DNA of 63,949 bases, filler included, from Craspedostauros australis (lineage: Eukaryota), in the NCBI GenBank assembly GCA_030167865.1. It is 9 parts of 9 records of this genome, joined end to end, with 100 filler letters (N's around TTAATTAATTAA, not from the genome) between each part and the next. Parts side by side here need not be neighbours in the genome. Positions count along the whole stretch, not along the records: positions 1 to 4,279 come from JALAGF010003191.1; positions 4,380 to 25,867 come from JALAGF010003193.1; 7 more parts are not named here. One strand, written 5' to 3'. The position numbers and the translations under genes were made by a program. A model generated the notes under the pieces. The model saw nothing but the letters and a program-made list of their open reading frames with translations, was not told where the DNA came from and ran no database searches. Below are positions 1 through 12,000 of this stretch, piece after piece (the stretch's first letter is position 1; each line of letters opens with the position of its first letter).

Positions 1-699
1 TCAGGGAGAGTGTTCCAAGTTCGTAGCACCATGGGGGTGATTCTGAGAATGGCTAGTGGGCGAGAACGAGTGTGCATGCAATGGCGTGGTGAACGTCGAA
101 AAATGCAACTCAAAGGAACTATGGTTCCAAGTATAGCAGGAAGGACAACTGTCAAGCACCAACAGAGAAACGGAGGAAGGTGATGTGTCGACATTGATGT
201 CACCAATTTGTGGTGTTCTTCGGGAGGAGTCGACGAACACCTCTACATTAGTACCTCAGTCGTGGCGCAGACTCAAAATCGCTCGACCTAATCCAAGCAG
301 GATTCTGTCACGAATCAGTCCTGTGCAGTTTCTCTACTCGAGAGTCAATGTGAACTATGACATGAGACAGGGGTCGAGCGAGCTGAATGCGACAATCCTC
401 TAATGATGTGATGTCAACCCAATCGATTCACTACAACTAAGTCGGGATGACCAAACATGATTCAACACACTAGAATCCATCGAGTCGACATTGATAAATC
501 GCACAGATCAACATCGAAGAGACACCGATCCGTGAACCCAATCGGTTGTGTGGGTAGGAGGTATGACATGGAGGGTCAACTTAGTCAGTCTGTGTTGACT
601 TAGTCATGGATGGTTGATCCAGTCTATTCTGATCATGTTAGTCGAACTTTGATAGGGTTCGGGCTGTGGCTAGTCTATAAATGGGGGTTGGATTTTGCA

Positions 700-744
700 T
701 TAGAGTTAGGGTCGGGTTAGGGTTAGGGTGAAGGTAATTTAGGG
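700..744 (+). repeat. Degenerate interstitial telomere-like (TTAGGG)n tract
   Basis: TTAGAG TTAGGG TCGGG TTAGGG TTAGGG TGAAGG TAAT TTAGGG read directly; TTAGGG is the diatom telomere unit. Confidence 0.65.
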
Positions 745-932
745 CTGCGTTCCGCACTGTCCTTTGACTCCCACTATGCTTCCCTCATGACTAATCCTCG
801 AAACGAAAAGAACACACTTCTCCCTCATGTCCCAGGAGCAAACCAAAAAGCATGACGGTCCACATCAGAGTTGGTTCTGCTCCAGACCCAACAGGCGAGA
901 TGGCCTCGCTTTGTTCCACACACAGTCGTGCG

Positions 933-3900
933 TGTATGTGCCCACTCTCTCCACCAGTGCCCAGTTAGTCCCCAACAACCACAATTGGTTGGGGGCTGGG
1001 GGGTGGAGTCAGTCAGAAAGGTTAACCAGAGGCAGCAGGCAGGGGGTACCTACATGTAGCAAAGCTTATGTATGCAGGGCAGAAAAGATAAAGCTGAGCA
1101 TGGTAGGGTTGGCCACTGCATTTGCCTTTCTCCAGAGAGTATGGGCATAGTGGGCAGGTTTACCAGCTGTCAGGAAAGGAGCCAATTGCAGGTGCCCATT
1201 GCCACAGAGGAAGCACAAGAAATCACAACACTGGATTGAAGCATTGCAACTTGAACAGCACCACCCATTGCCCACTTCTCTGTCCACCCATTGCATTTCT
1301 CTGCTACAAGTAGAGGAGTATGGGTAGAGCACCCTGGATGGCCATGACACATCATTCCCACTGCAAGGTGCCTTGGGTGCTCACAAAGGGCAATTGATCT
1401 CTCTTGTTTCCATGGAATGAATGTTGCTTTCCTGATGTTTCTATTCCTGGCCTTGACTGAAAACTAGCCAGAATCTATTGGTTCCCCAATTGAGTCCAGA
1501 TGGGTATCTATTTTGCAAGCACTGGATCGAGTCCGGCAACGTCAGTGACCGAGATCAGTCAGTCAAGTTCAACCATGCACGACTCGGCTCAGTTGAAACT
1601 GCGGTGTCGACCTACATGAGCTGTGGGCATGAACCGCGGACATGAGCTGTGGACATGAACCGCGGACATGAGCTGTGGACATGAACCGCGGACATGAGCT
1701 GTGGACATGAACCGCGGACATGAGCTGTGGACATGAACCGCGGACATGAGCTGTGGACATGAACCGCGGACATGAGCTGTGGACATGAACCGTGGACATG
1801 AACCGCGGACATGAGCTGTGGACATGAACCGCGGACATGAACTGTAGACATAACCGTGGACATGAGATGTAGACATGAGCCCTGGACATGACCTGCACTG
1901 TGGAAGCTGACCCGGACTTCACATTGTTCAAAACCAATGACGACGAAAGCGGTCACAAGGAAAAGCCGCACTCTGGCTTGGTAAATTATGTGTTGTCCAG
2001 GGTTGTTGGTGGTGGATCCATCAATTAACGATGCCAAGAACGTCAGTTGGCGAGTAACGCAAGAGTCATGAGCAGTGGACGTAAATGAAGGTGTGGACAT
2101 AAATGGTCTGTACGGCAGACTTACAAGGCCAAAAAATACACACACGGTCCATCACAAAGAAAGAAAGGAATTATTGAGGCCAATAATTTGTCTCCTACAC
2201 TTTCAGTGGTGGGTATGGAACGCGCCCACCACCATGCCTCTCCCCTGTTTATAGTGTCTTCACTTTTTGCATTTTGTGTGGTCTTGCCGTTGTTGGTGTG
2301 GCTTGGTTGGTGTTGAAATGTCGCTCATGCTCGATCTCTCTTTCATACCGCTGTTGCTTTGTTGATGCCTTCAGCTGCTGTCTTATGCCTTTGTTTGTTC
2401 CAATGTTGCGTCATTTACTGCAGTGTTGCTATGTTGTGTCCGCCACCAATTTCTGTTTGCTTCCCTGTGGCAAAGGCTTCTTGTTGTCCTTTGATGCAGC
2501 AGGATACTGGCGCATGCTGCTGTGTGTCACCACAGTTGCTCTTGCAGCAGCTGTTAGTATGTTGGAAGTGGCTGCAACATTATTGTTCTTGTTGCTGTTT
2601 CCACCAGCATTGTTCCTGCTTCTGCTGGGAAGGACTTTCGCTGCTGTCTTCCTGCTGCTGATAGATTGGGTGCTCTTGGTGCTTCTGACACTCCTGTTGC
2701 TTTGCGACATTGCGCAGTTCCTTGCGCTGGCAATGCTCATGACATCACCAGTGTTTTTGGTGCCATACCTTGTCTCCTTTTGATCATTGGCCTTGTGATA
2801 CCGGAGGCTGATGGTGTCCAGGTGCTTTCTGTGCGATTCATTGCATATGACATCGCAGTTGATTGCATTCCTGTTCTTGCTGTTCCTGCTCCTTGTGTTT
2901 TTTGCCTGCAACTAGACTTTGCATTTGACACACTCATATCATTGTTGGAGATGCAGCAACTCCTGCTGCTCTGATAGCTGCAATTGGAGCAGCAGCTATA
3001 TTCACTGAATGCGCTCTCCTTTGAGCCCATCTTGCTGCAGTGCTTCGTTGATGCACTCTCACTTCTTTTGCATGTGTGGAATATTTCGTCATTGGCGCAT
3101 GACAAGTGGATGCTCATCATATCCTCACCGTTCATGGCATCTGCCCTTTCAGCATGGTCCTTGTTCATTGTTGCAGTTCATTGCTGCTTGTGGTTTGCGA
3201 TGTTTGTTGTGTGTGATGTGTGTTTTGTGCCAGACAGAGCTGAATCAAAGTGCAGGGAGAAGGATGGCGTGAGAACGCAAGAAGTACATGCAACCGATTT
3301 TCTGTTCAGCTGTGTTCTTGCCTTTCAACGTTGCACGCTGCGACGCCAAGGTGGCGGCATGTCCCCTCAGATCCATCCAAGGAGTTCTCATCTGCGGAGC
3401 TCACCGTCCCCATCAGATCGACAACACTCTCACCAGTCCTGTTGTTGCATGGGTGACATTGGCTGCTCATAGAACCTTGAGGGAGGATTTGCCCCCCAGC
3501 TGGCAAGTTCCCTGCACATGGGGAGTAAGTGGCTCAGCTCATGGGTGCCGCTGGTACAGGGCACATACAATGCCCTTCGACCATGTGCATGAGCAGCAGT
3601 GGAGCAGGGACTTCACTGTTTCCACTATGTAATGGGATGGCGGGGTTCACAAATGTGCTTCCGAACATGACATTGCCATTGGTTCCTTCAAGCTGTCCTC
3701 TGACTTGGAATGGTAGGGTCTCCTGATGCACTCTCACGATCGTGAAATGGTGCGTTGAGACCATTGCCACCGCTGAACTGTATGCTGCGTGTCATTCTGT
3801 CTACAACTCGAACCCGAACAGGTGGACTCCGTCCGAGGTGCCATTTCGATGGTTGATCATGGCATTGTCCTGGGACGTGGTCGATCGGAGGCTGGAATTC

Positions 3901-4190
3901 GCAGTAACTTGAGCCTCCAGACTTGTAGCGTCCTCCGACACCAGCGTTCAGATGTCCTCCTTGGAGGTTCTGGCTGGTAGCTCGAAGTCGATCCCAAGCA
4001 CTCTGTGTCCAGCAAGAATCTCGTGTTGGTGGCGAACGGCTGGCAGCTCGATGGAAGCGTTTTGCGTCACCTAGTCCTTCACTGAAGGGAGAACCCTTGC
4101 ATGTTTTGGAATCATGAATTGACAGTTTCTGTCTGCTGCTGCTGTTGCTGCTACTGCCCCTGCCTCCGTTCTTGGTGGCAGTGGGATCCA
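933..4190. pseudogene. Decayed, CpG-depleted repeat/TE-derived DNA with fragmented ORFs
   Basis: No CG dinucleotide in 933-1527 and a visible TG/CA excess through about 3700. Only short, broken ORFs (e.g. 2429-2911 and 2737-3168, minus strand) with no recognisable domain. Confidence 0.45.
1615..1891 (+). repeat. Minisatellite: 13-bp units forming a 26-bp dimer (CATGAGCTGTGGA + CATGAACCGCGGA), about 21 monomers
   Basis: Alternating A/B monomers seen directly; near-perfect in the left part and degenerating after about 1840. Confidence 0.95.
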
Positions 4191-4195
4191 TCCTA

Positions 4196-4279
4196 TGGCT
4201 GGGAGAGCAGGTGGCTGGGAGAGCAGGTGGCTGGGAGAGCAGGTGGCTGGGAGAGCAGGTGGCTGGGAGAGCAGGTGGC
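4196..4279 (+). repeat. 16-bp tandem repeat TGGCTGGGAGAGCAGG, 5.25 copies, running into the contig end
   Basis: Perfect copies start at 4196, 4212, 4228, 4244 and 4260. Confidence 0.95.
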
Positions 4280-4379
4280 NNNNNNNNNNNNNNNNNNNNN
4301 NNNNNNNNNNNNNNNNNNNNNNNTTAATTAATTAANNNNNNNNNNNNNNNNNNNNNNNNNNNNNNNNNNNNNNNNNNNN
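4280..4379. other. Artificial contig-join spacer (N44-TTAATTAATTAA-N44). The same 12-mer occurs at 4324, 25912, 28214, 48310, 52856, 58988, 60431 and 62465
   Basis: An identical palindromic 12-mer with stops in all six frames sits in the centre of about 100-bp N blocks eight times. Confidence 0.97.
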
Positions 4380-6843
4380 GGCAGCACGAAGACCCACACG
4401 GTGTGACGAGCTGGGTTACAGTTCCAGTCAAGATAATGCCACTGCCCTCAAGGGCGCCAAGGATGGCGGTGATGGCACTTGGGTCGTTCTTGATGGTGTC
4501 GAAGCGGGCCTGAGCGACTTCGTAGGTGATCGATCCGCCATCTTCGCATCCGAAGATACTCTTGACGAGTCGGTCCTTGTTATCAGGGAGAGATTCGATG
4601 GCGTTCACGAAATTGCTGCACACACCCATGTCGTCGTCGCAGAGCACCACCGGTGCATCCGTGAACCCGCCATCCACATCACCAGGANTTGTAAGGCAGA
4701 TCGACTGCAGCGTAGTCTTGTTGATGGTTGGAGCATCGGTTGGATTGATGGTGGGTCCGTCGGATGGAAGGACACTTGGGATGTTGGACGGACCGATGGA
4801 CGGGAGCACGGATGGCAGGTCGGATGGACTTGTGGTCGGTGTGCGGGTTGGGCCAAGCGACGGGAGCTCGGACGGGAGCTCGGACGGAAGGACGGACGGG
4901 ACATCGCTCATGAGCGGAGTTGGGGCGAAGGTGGGGCACTCCGTTGGGCGGTCGGCCCTGCTGACGCATGAGCTTGAGACAGCAGCACCGGTTGGGTTGC
5001 CCATGGTATCCTTGGGGCACGCGAGGGCTGCGTTGCTGATGACGTACACCTGGCTGAATGGGCTGGGGCAGTTGTCAAGGACGCATCCTTTGCAGGTTTC
5101 AGTTCCGGAGCACTCGTCAGCCTCGACGACCACGTCTGTGGTCATGAGGTCACTTTTGGCCAATTCTTCGCAGGCGCTGTTGCCAACGCAGGCTCCGTCC
5201 CCGATGCTGAGGCTTCCGCCGATCTTGTTTCCTCCAAGCCCTCCACCGGTTGCCGGATTGGAGGAGTGGGCATTGTTGCACGAGTGGACCTCGTTGCAGG
5301 CGTTCTGCCCGATGTTGATATTGGTCACGACTCGTCCCGCTGTCGTCTGCTGTTGACGTATACCAGCATTGGTACATGCGTTCGCTCCAACACAAGCGCC
5401 GTTCTGGATGATCACATCGCCGTAGGAGAACGACCCAACGCTCCCGCAAGACTCATATGTGGTGCAGGCCACTTCGCCGACGAAGGTGACTCCAGATACC
5501 AACACCGGATTGTCATTCAAGTTCATACCAGCACATGCGTATGGTCCGTTACAGGAAGACTCGAGGACGATCGCGTTTGGACCCATGTTTATGCACGCAT
5601 CCTCCCCCGCGCACGCATTGAGTGCTACGGTCATGTAGGTGCCAGGGGAAGTGGAGGTGCAGTCATCGTTCATGTTGCAGCAAGTTGCGCCGGTAATTCC
5701 GGCGCATGCATCGCCCACTTCGGCAGCCAAGGCGGTGACGAATTGGGTTCCTGTGGAGAGGGCCATCTCGAGCTGCTGGGAGAGGTCTGGATTGGAAGCG
5801 AATCTGTTGAACAGAGTGCGGGATGCTCCCTCGCTGGTACCGTCCCCGGCACATGCGAAGAATGTCTGAAGGTCCGGGAGGCCGCGGACGGCAAGGATGG
5901 CCTCACGGCACGAGGCCTTGTCCCTGTTGCAAATCAACGTCTTGATGTCTCCCACAGTCGTGACCATGCCTGAAGCGATGTTGGGGTTGCAGATGGTGAT
6001 GATGGTGGCGTCGAACGCAGTTGGTGCGGATGTGGGGGCCGAGGTCGGTGCGGAAGTTGGGGCAGATGTCGGTGCCGAGGTCGGTGCGGAAGTTGGTGCA
6101 GATGTCGGTCCCGAAGTTGGTGCGGATGTTGGTCCCGAAGTTGGAGCCGAGGTTGGGGCCGAGGTTGGTGCGGATGTTGGAGCCGAGGTTGGTGCCGAAG
6201 TGGGTGCGCTGGTTGGTGCTGCGGTTGGTGCGGTTGGGGCCGAGGTTGGTGCGGATGTCGGGTTGCTTGTGGGAGCTGAGGTTGGGGCCGCTGTTTGCAT
6301 GCCAGGTGTGGCGGTTGGAGCAGAAGTCGGTGCCGACGCAGGAGCGCTGGTTGGGGTAGACGTCGGTGCCGATGTTGGAGCCGAAGTTGGGGCGCTGGTC
6401 GGTGCCGAAGTTGGCGCGGATGTTGGTGCTGATGTTGGGGCGCTAGTCGGTGCCGAAGTTGGAGCCGAAGTCGGTGCCGATGTTGGGACACTGGTTGGAG
6501 TCGATGTTGGTGCCGCTGTTGGCATGCCAGGTGTGGTAGTCGGGGCACTGGTCGGTGCGGATGTCGGTGCCGAAGTTGGAGCCGAGGTCGGTGCCGCCGT
6601 TGGCATGCCAGGGGTGGCGGTCGGGTTGCTGGTTGGCGCCTCCGTGTCCTTGTTCTTTTTGTTGCCCTCCTTGTCTTGCTTGTCGCCGCCGCCATCGCCA
6701 GCCTTGAGGGTACGGGTGGCTTGCATCATGACGTGAAGCTCTTCGGTCTGACCCACGGCTCTGCTGCCACGCAGCACGGCCTCCGTTGAGCCCGCATGGG
6801 CGAGGAGGAGCGTGCCGAGGATGGCTGCCTTGATCTTGAACAT
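4380..6843 (-). CDS. Secreted mucin-like glycoprotein with alternating Pro/Thr/Ser-rich and Cys-rich domains (frustule/cell-surface-associated type); 3' end truncated by the contig end
   Basis: Start MFKIKAAILGTLLLAHAGSTEA is a signal peptide, followed by VLRG and an RTL motif. About 200 aa of (PTSA)n, a helical Cys domain, about 7 [AS]CxGxx[AS]C-type repeats, a second PS/PT tract and a second copy of the helical Cys domain follow. Paralog at 54339-56864. Confidence 0.9.
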
Positions 6844-6978
6844 CTTGACTGTTGTTTGGTGTCTGTATGAGGTAGGTAGCGAGGATTGGTGCATGTGGTG
6901 GGAGGGGAAGAGCGAGATTTGTCTCAGGAGTGGGTGATGTGTTAGGAATTGAGGGTACAACCTTGTCGGAATATACGT

Positions 6979-7054
6979 TATTGCCACACCTCCCAATATT
7001 ATTCGTCACAAGTTTGAATATTATTCGTCACATGTTCGGAGACTATTCGTCACA
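6979..7054 (-). promoter_or_regulatory. Four phased copies of TATTCGTCACA (minus strand TGTGACGAATA) upstream of the mucin-like gene
   Basis: Copies end at 6988 (degenerate TATTGCCACA), 7010, 7032 and 7054, an exact 22-bp period, about 135-210 bp upstream of the ATG at 6843. Confidence 0.5.
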
Positions 7055-9065
7055 CCTTTGAATACCATGCCATTATGACTATGACTAAGGATACGGACGT
7101 GATTGATACCTGTACTACCGCCAGGAGGGTATTCTGTCCTCTGGTAACGTAAGGATGACACCTATGGAGGATCAGGAGGTCCCAATACCAAACCAAACAA
7201 GGCAACCATGCAGACGACGACGTCGATCAGAACAGCAGGCCAATGGGTAAGTGATGCACCCCCTTCAGAGGACAGCACGCGCCCCTCCTGTGGACAAGAA
7301 CATCCATAGATTTGGAACATCACCAAGGCTGACATCGATCGTGGAATGATGGCATCATGAGATCAACAACAAGAGCATATGATAGGCAAGCGCTCAGGAC
7401 TGAAGATTCCTACCATGCGAGCGTAGACGGCTACGACAATACAGAGGCAAGCAATGACGATGCAAAGACAAGGAAGCAAGAGCAGAGCATGATGAATGGG
7501 GAGGGAAGCACCTAAAAAACAACAAGACACCCCGTGTCGCCACCGCAATGGATGCCTACCATGAAAAATGAAATCGGAAGAGAAAGTTAGATTATGCTCA
7601 CAGTTCTAAAACGGTACAGTTTCTAACAGCAGATTAGATTACAGTACTAACAATAACCCCAGATTTCCAACAGTGATGGGTCAGTTGTCGTGTGTTGTTT
7701 CCGACCTTTGGGTTTTCATCATTTTCGGGATCCATCTCGGTCGTGGATGTTGTCACGAGTCATCGAGTCCCGATGGACACAGACCACCGACACGCACCAA
7801 CATCATTCCATTTGCGAACACAATGTGGTAACCATGAGGAGGAACAAGTTCCTATTCTTTCGTTGGACACAGGTCGGCAGAGGAGAAGGCATCGACAGCT
7901 TCCTTCGCAACGAGGTGCTGTTGCGGTAGTTGTGGCAATGAGTGCACCAGCAGACGAGGAGGGAGACGTCGCGCACAAGACGGAAAGGCGTCTTGTTGGC
8001 CGGTGGTCGTATTGCACTATAATCCCCATTGCCATTCATCACGCTGCGTCGTCCAGTGTGTATCACCGTGTCATGATGCAACGGCACCGTGCGCTGTGAT
8101 TTGGTTGAGTCTGCTTGCGTTGCACTCACCTCTCAGTTGCTGCTGTTGATCGGTTGGCTGCTTTTGATCACTGCTTGCAATGCTCGGTTGATTGCTTTGC
8201 TTGCGATCCTGTCGGTTTTGCGAGAACATCTGATTCTGATGCACAACTCGTTTCTCTGTGCCGCAGAAGTGACTTCGGCCGGAAAGAGTTGTTTTCATCA
8301 CACACACACTGTTTTTTTTGGTCTTGTTGGCGTTCAACTGGGGGCGAGTTGCGCCAAAAGTGGGCGAGACAAGCGCCAAAAATCCAACCCGAAATTTGTC
8401 GTCGACAGCCAGCTGGCGCGAAATAGCCAACGGCAGAGGCAGCCATCCACAAAAACTCGAGCCAATCAATCTCACTCGGGTGAGTCGACATGTCCGCAAG
8501 GGAACATCAGAGAATCAAGTCGAAGTGTTCTCTCTCTTCACGCACAATACTCCACCGACCACTCCCACGAGTTTAACGAACGAAAAGAAGCACGACAGAA
8601 TGAACGATCAACCACACGACGCCACCAACACCAATGTCCACATCAACACGGTCACCACTTTCCCCACATAACTCGCGCATGGAGGAGAGAGGAAGGAGCT
8701 GTTCTAGGTCGTAGTCGTAAGCCCGCCCAAGGACCGACGCTGCCCGATGGGCCGGAAAGTAAGAGGTCGGTCGATTGTTTGAGTTTTTGCGCCTTCGCTT
8801 CGACTCAAAGATCGCGTTCGCCTTTCGGCAACTTCCTTCGCAGATGGGAAACACGAAAGTGGAATGGGGTCATTCGTAACCGATCGTGTCTGTCCTTGCC
8901 GTCAATATTTATGCGGGTTTCGTCAACAAGGCACTCGAATATGTCTTGTTGGTGTCCATCGATGCAGCAAAATGGTCTCTTTGCCTTCACAACTGATGTT
9001 ATTGTCGCCGGAGAACTCCCATTGGGAGTCACGAACAATTGGTCAAGTGAATTCCCGCATCATGT

Positions 9066-12000
9066 TTGTGCGCATCTTTTTCTGCTGTGGTGGCGCTTGT
9101 TCGATGGCAGCGCCGGCCAAACGATGAAATGCAGAAAGGCAGTCTTCAAAGGAGGAGGTGCAAAGGGACAACAGACACTGCACAGAGACGAACAACTGGA
9201 GAGAGAGTACAACCAGACCAGCCAAAGCACACAAACACACAAGGAGAGAACAGAGAAGAGATGTTGGACACGCATCATCAGCACAAGGATGCAACGACAA
9301 GTACGACTAGCAATAGCGATAGCGACGGCAACAGCGAAGACAACAACCACAACAGATCCATGACGAAGATTGACGACGATGAACACGGACAGACTCCGAA
9401 GAGCCACCGTGGCCATGATCCATCCTCCCTCCGCGCTTTGCTGGTTGATGCTGGTGCGACAACTGATGCAGGACGAGCAAAGCCGTTGTTGCACTTGTCG
9501 CCGCACAGAGATACTTCAAGCGGGCATACAAGTTTGGGCAACAGCAACGCGAACAGTCGCAGTTTTACCAGCAGCCGCTCTCGGCGTCGTAGTTCTTGCG
9601 AGACTGATTTGACAGACGGTGGATTCAAAACCTTCACCGAGGTCAATTCGATATCGCCCGCACAGCCATCGCATGAGCTCAAGATTGAACACAACCCATC
9701 AGTGTTGACGGAGACGCGTCAGATGCACACTGCTAGAAGGCTTGCAGAGATCTCCGAAAACTCCCTCGACTTCTCGCAGGTGGGCCTCATCAGCAGGCAG
9801 AAGGAGAAACGCGTGCTGGAGCATGCATTGAAGCAGATCCTGAGGGCCACGCCATCTGCCGCCAACAATCGCACAACGGCACCGAAGGCGTCATCATTTG
9901 GCGGTGAAAGCATGGTCGATTCCAGTGATGAAGAGCTCGGCACATCCATGGAGCAACCGGAACATCCACGGCAGTCACATCGACCACAACGACTCCGGCC
10001 TGCCGGTGGCACGGGCGATTCGTCTCGACCTACTGTGCGATGTTTGGTTTCCATCGCCGGGTACTCCGGAACTGGCAAGTCGGCATTGGCAGAAACGTTG
10101 CGTCCCAAGTGCGAGGCCAACAACGTGTTCTTCATCACGGGCAAGTTCGATTTGAAGCAGATGGATGAACCGTACTCCGGATTCCGTATCGCCATGGTCG
10201 ATCTGTGTTCGCAGATTTGCAACCTGCCGAGAGTCAGTATTGATGCGAATAGCACAGAGGATGCGCCGCCGCAAAATAGTGACTCCCACACTTTTGAGGA
10301 TTTGCGGACACATATCATGCAGGATCTGAACGTTACCGAGTTGAAGGTGCTCAGCAAGCTTATCCCAAACCTTGCCGACGTCGTCGGGGCTGATGTGCTG
10401 CAGGACGACAACTCTCTGCACAATGATGACAACAGCGTGGTCTCTTCGCCATCAACATCACACTCAGAGCCGTACTCGCAGCAGCCACGTGCAGTCACCC
10501 GCAGCATCTCACAAAAAAGACAAGAATCTCATCAACGGCAAGCGCATGGCTTCAAGCAGCAATCCAGCCGGCTCAAGATCGTGCTGCGCCGCTTCATCAG
10601 GATCGTGTGCAACTACCGCCCTCTCGTTTTTGTCTCGGACGACATTCAGTGGGCAGACAAGGAATCGCTGGCCATGATTGAATCATGGATGCTGGACACC
10701 AGCATCTCATCGCTCATGGTGATCGTGTGCTTCCGTTCCAATTTTGTGAACCTGGAAGGCGGCGGTGCCGTACCCGGTACTGACGATTCCCAAACCGTCT
10801 CAACCAGCGCAAATTTGGTTGGCCAGATGCTGAGCTCGATCGAGGCAAAGAAGCGGGAGCGGTCCATCCGATGCATCAAGTTGGAGGTTGACAACCTCAC
10901 CATGCTGGACGTGCACGAGATGCTCAAGCGGCTTTTGGGGCTATATGATGATGCCTGCAACACAAGCACGAGCGCGAGTGCAAGTTATCGCAGCCTCCTC
11001 AACACTAGTCTCCACGGCAACAAACCCAGCACCAACACGGACAGCGAAGGCTTGGTGGAGATCATCTTCAAGAAGACTAACGGCAATATCTTCTTCCTGC
11101 AGCAGTTTATTCGCATGCTGGTTCGTCGCAAGCTCCTCCGATACGACATAAGCAGGATGAGATGGGTGTGGGACAACGACCAAATCAGTCGGGAGACTCC
11201 GGCAACCATCAACGTCGCAGAGCTCATGGAGCTCAAGCTCCAGGAGATCGACTCCGCACGATACACCCTTCCTCTAGCAGCATGTCTCGGATCCACGTTC
11301 TCGTGGATGCTGCTGCGCACAACGTTGGAGGGGTTTGCAGAAGAGACACGTGGCAATCATCGCACATTCTACGAGTCCCTATTCGGCGGACCACCACCAT
11401 CAACGGAGGCAGAGTTGATAGCGATGATGCAAACCTACCGGCACGAAGGGCTGGTCGAGTCTCATACGCGTATCCACGAAGCCACCCATGATCACACACC
11501 GAGGCCGCACGATGGATCATCAGCCAAATCGTCCGCTCCATCCACCTACTCCTTCATCCATGACAAGGTTCAAGAAGCGGCGCTGGCAATGATCCCATCC
11601 GCCATGAAGCTGCAAGAGCTGCAGCATCGAATCGGTGACATCCTCATGACACGGTTGTCACCAGATCACCTGAAGGAGTCCCTTTTTATCGTTGCCAATT
11701 TGCTGAATAGCCGTCTGGACTTGATCCCGTCCTACCCACCGACACCAAGCCAGGACGAGGCCGGAGCAGCCAGGGACATTATCATGAAGTCCAAACGCTT
11801 TCGCGCAGCAAAGCTGAACTTCGACGCGGGCTTGAGGGCAATTGCCCGTGCTGCCTTTCGCCAGGCCTTCCAGTACTTGGAGACCACGATCAGTATCATG
11901 CCAACAGACCATTGGGAATCTCACTACGACATGAGCCTCGAGCTCTACACGTCTGCGACGGAATGTGCATTCGCGAGCGACAATTTTGAAAAGATGACAG

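Noticed and set aside
1615..1891. CRISPR-like array
   Set aside because: Units are contiguous with no unique spacers, the context is eukaryotic and no cas genes are present; it is a minisatellite.
4324..4335. Recurrent palindrome TTAATTAATTAA as a biological motif (e.g. recombination site)
   Set aside because: Always centred in identical N blocks and encodes six-frame stops, so it is an assembly linker. Adjacency across it cannot be trusted.
5897..6736. 279-aa (VGAE)n ORF and other ORFs overlapping the mucin gene
   Set aside because: Antisense or shifted-frame shadows of the PTSA repeat.
6844..6996. N-terminal extension of the 890-aa ORF
   Set aside because: It starts at TTG. The signal peptide and paralog alignment begin at the ATG at 6843.
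6979..7054. Mini-CRISPR (repeat plus variable spacer)
   Set aside because: An 11-bp core with 11-bp spacers is far too short; treated as a regulatory or tandem array.
8089..9363. 424-aa ORF upstream of the ATPase
   Set aside because: Non-ATG start, no domain-like content, and it crosses promoter-like and UTR-like sequence; probably a chance ORF.
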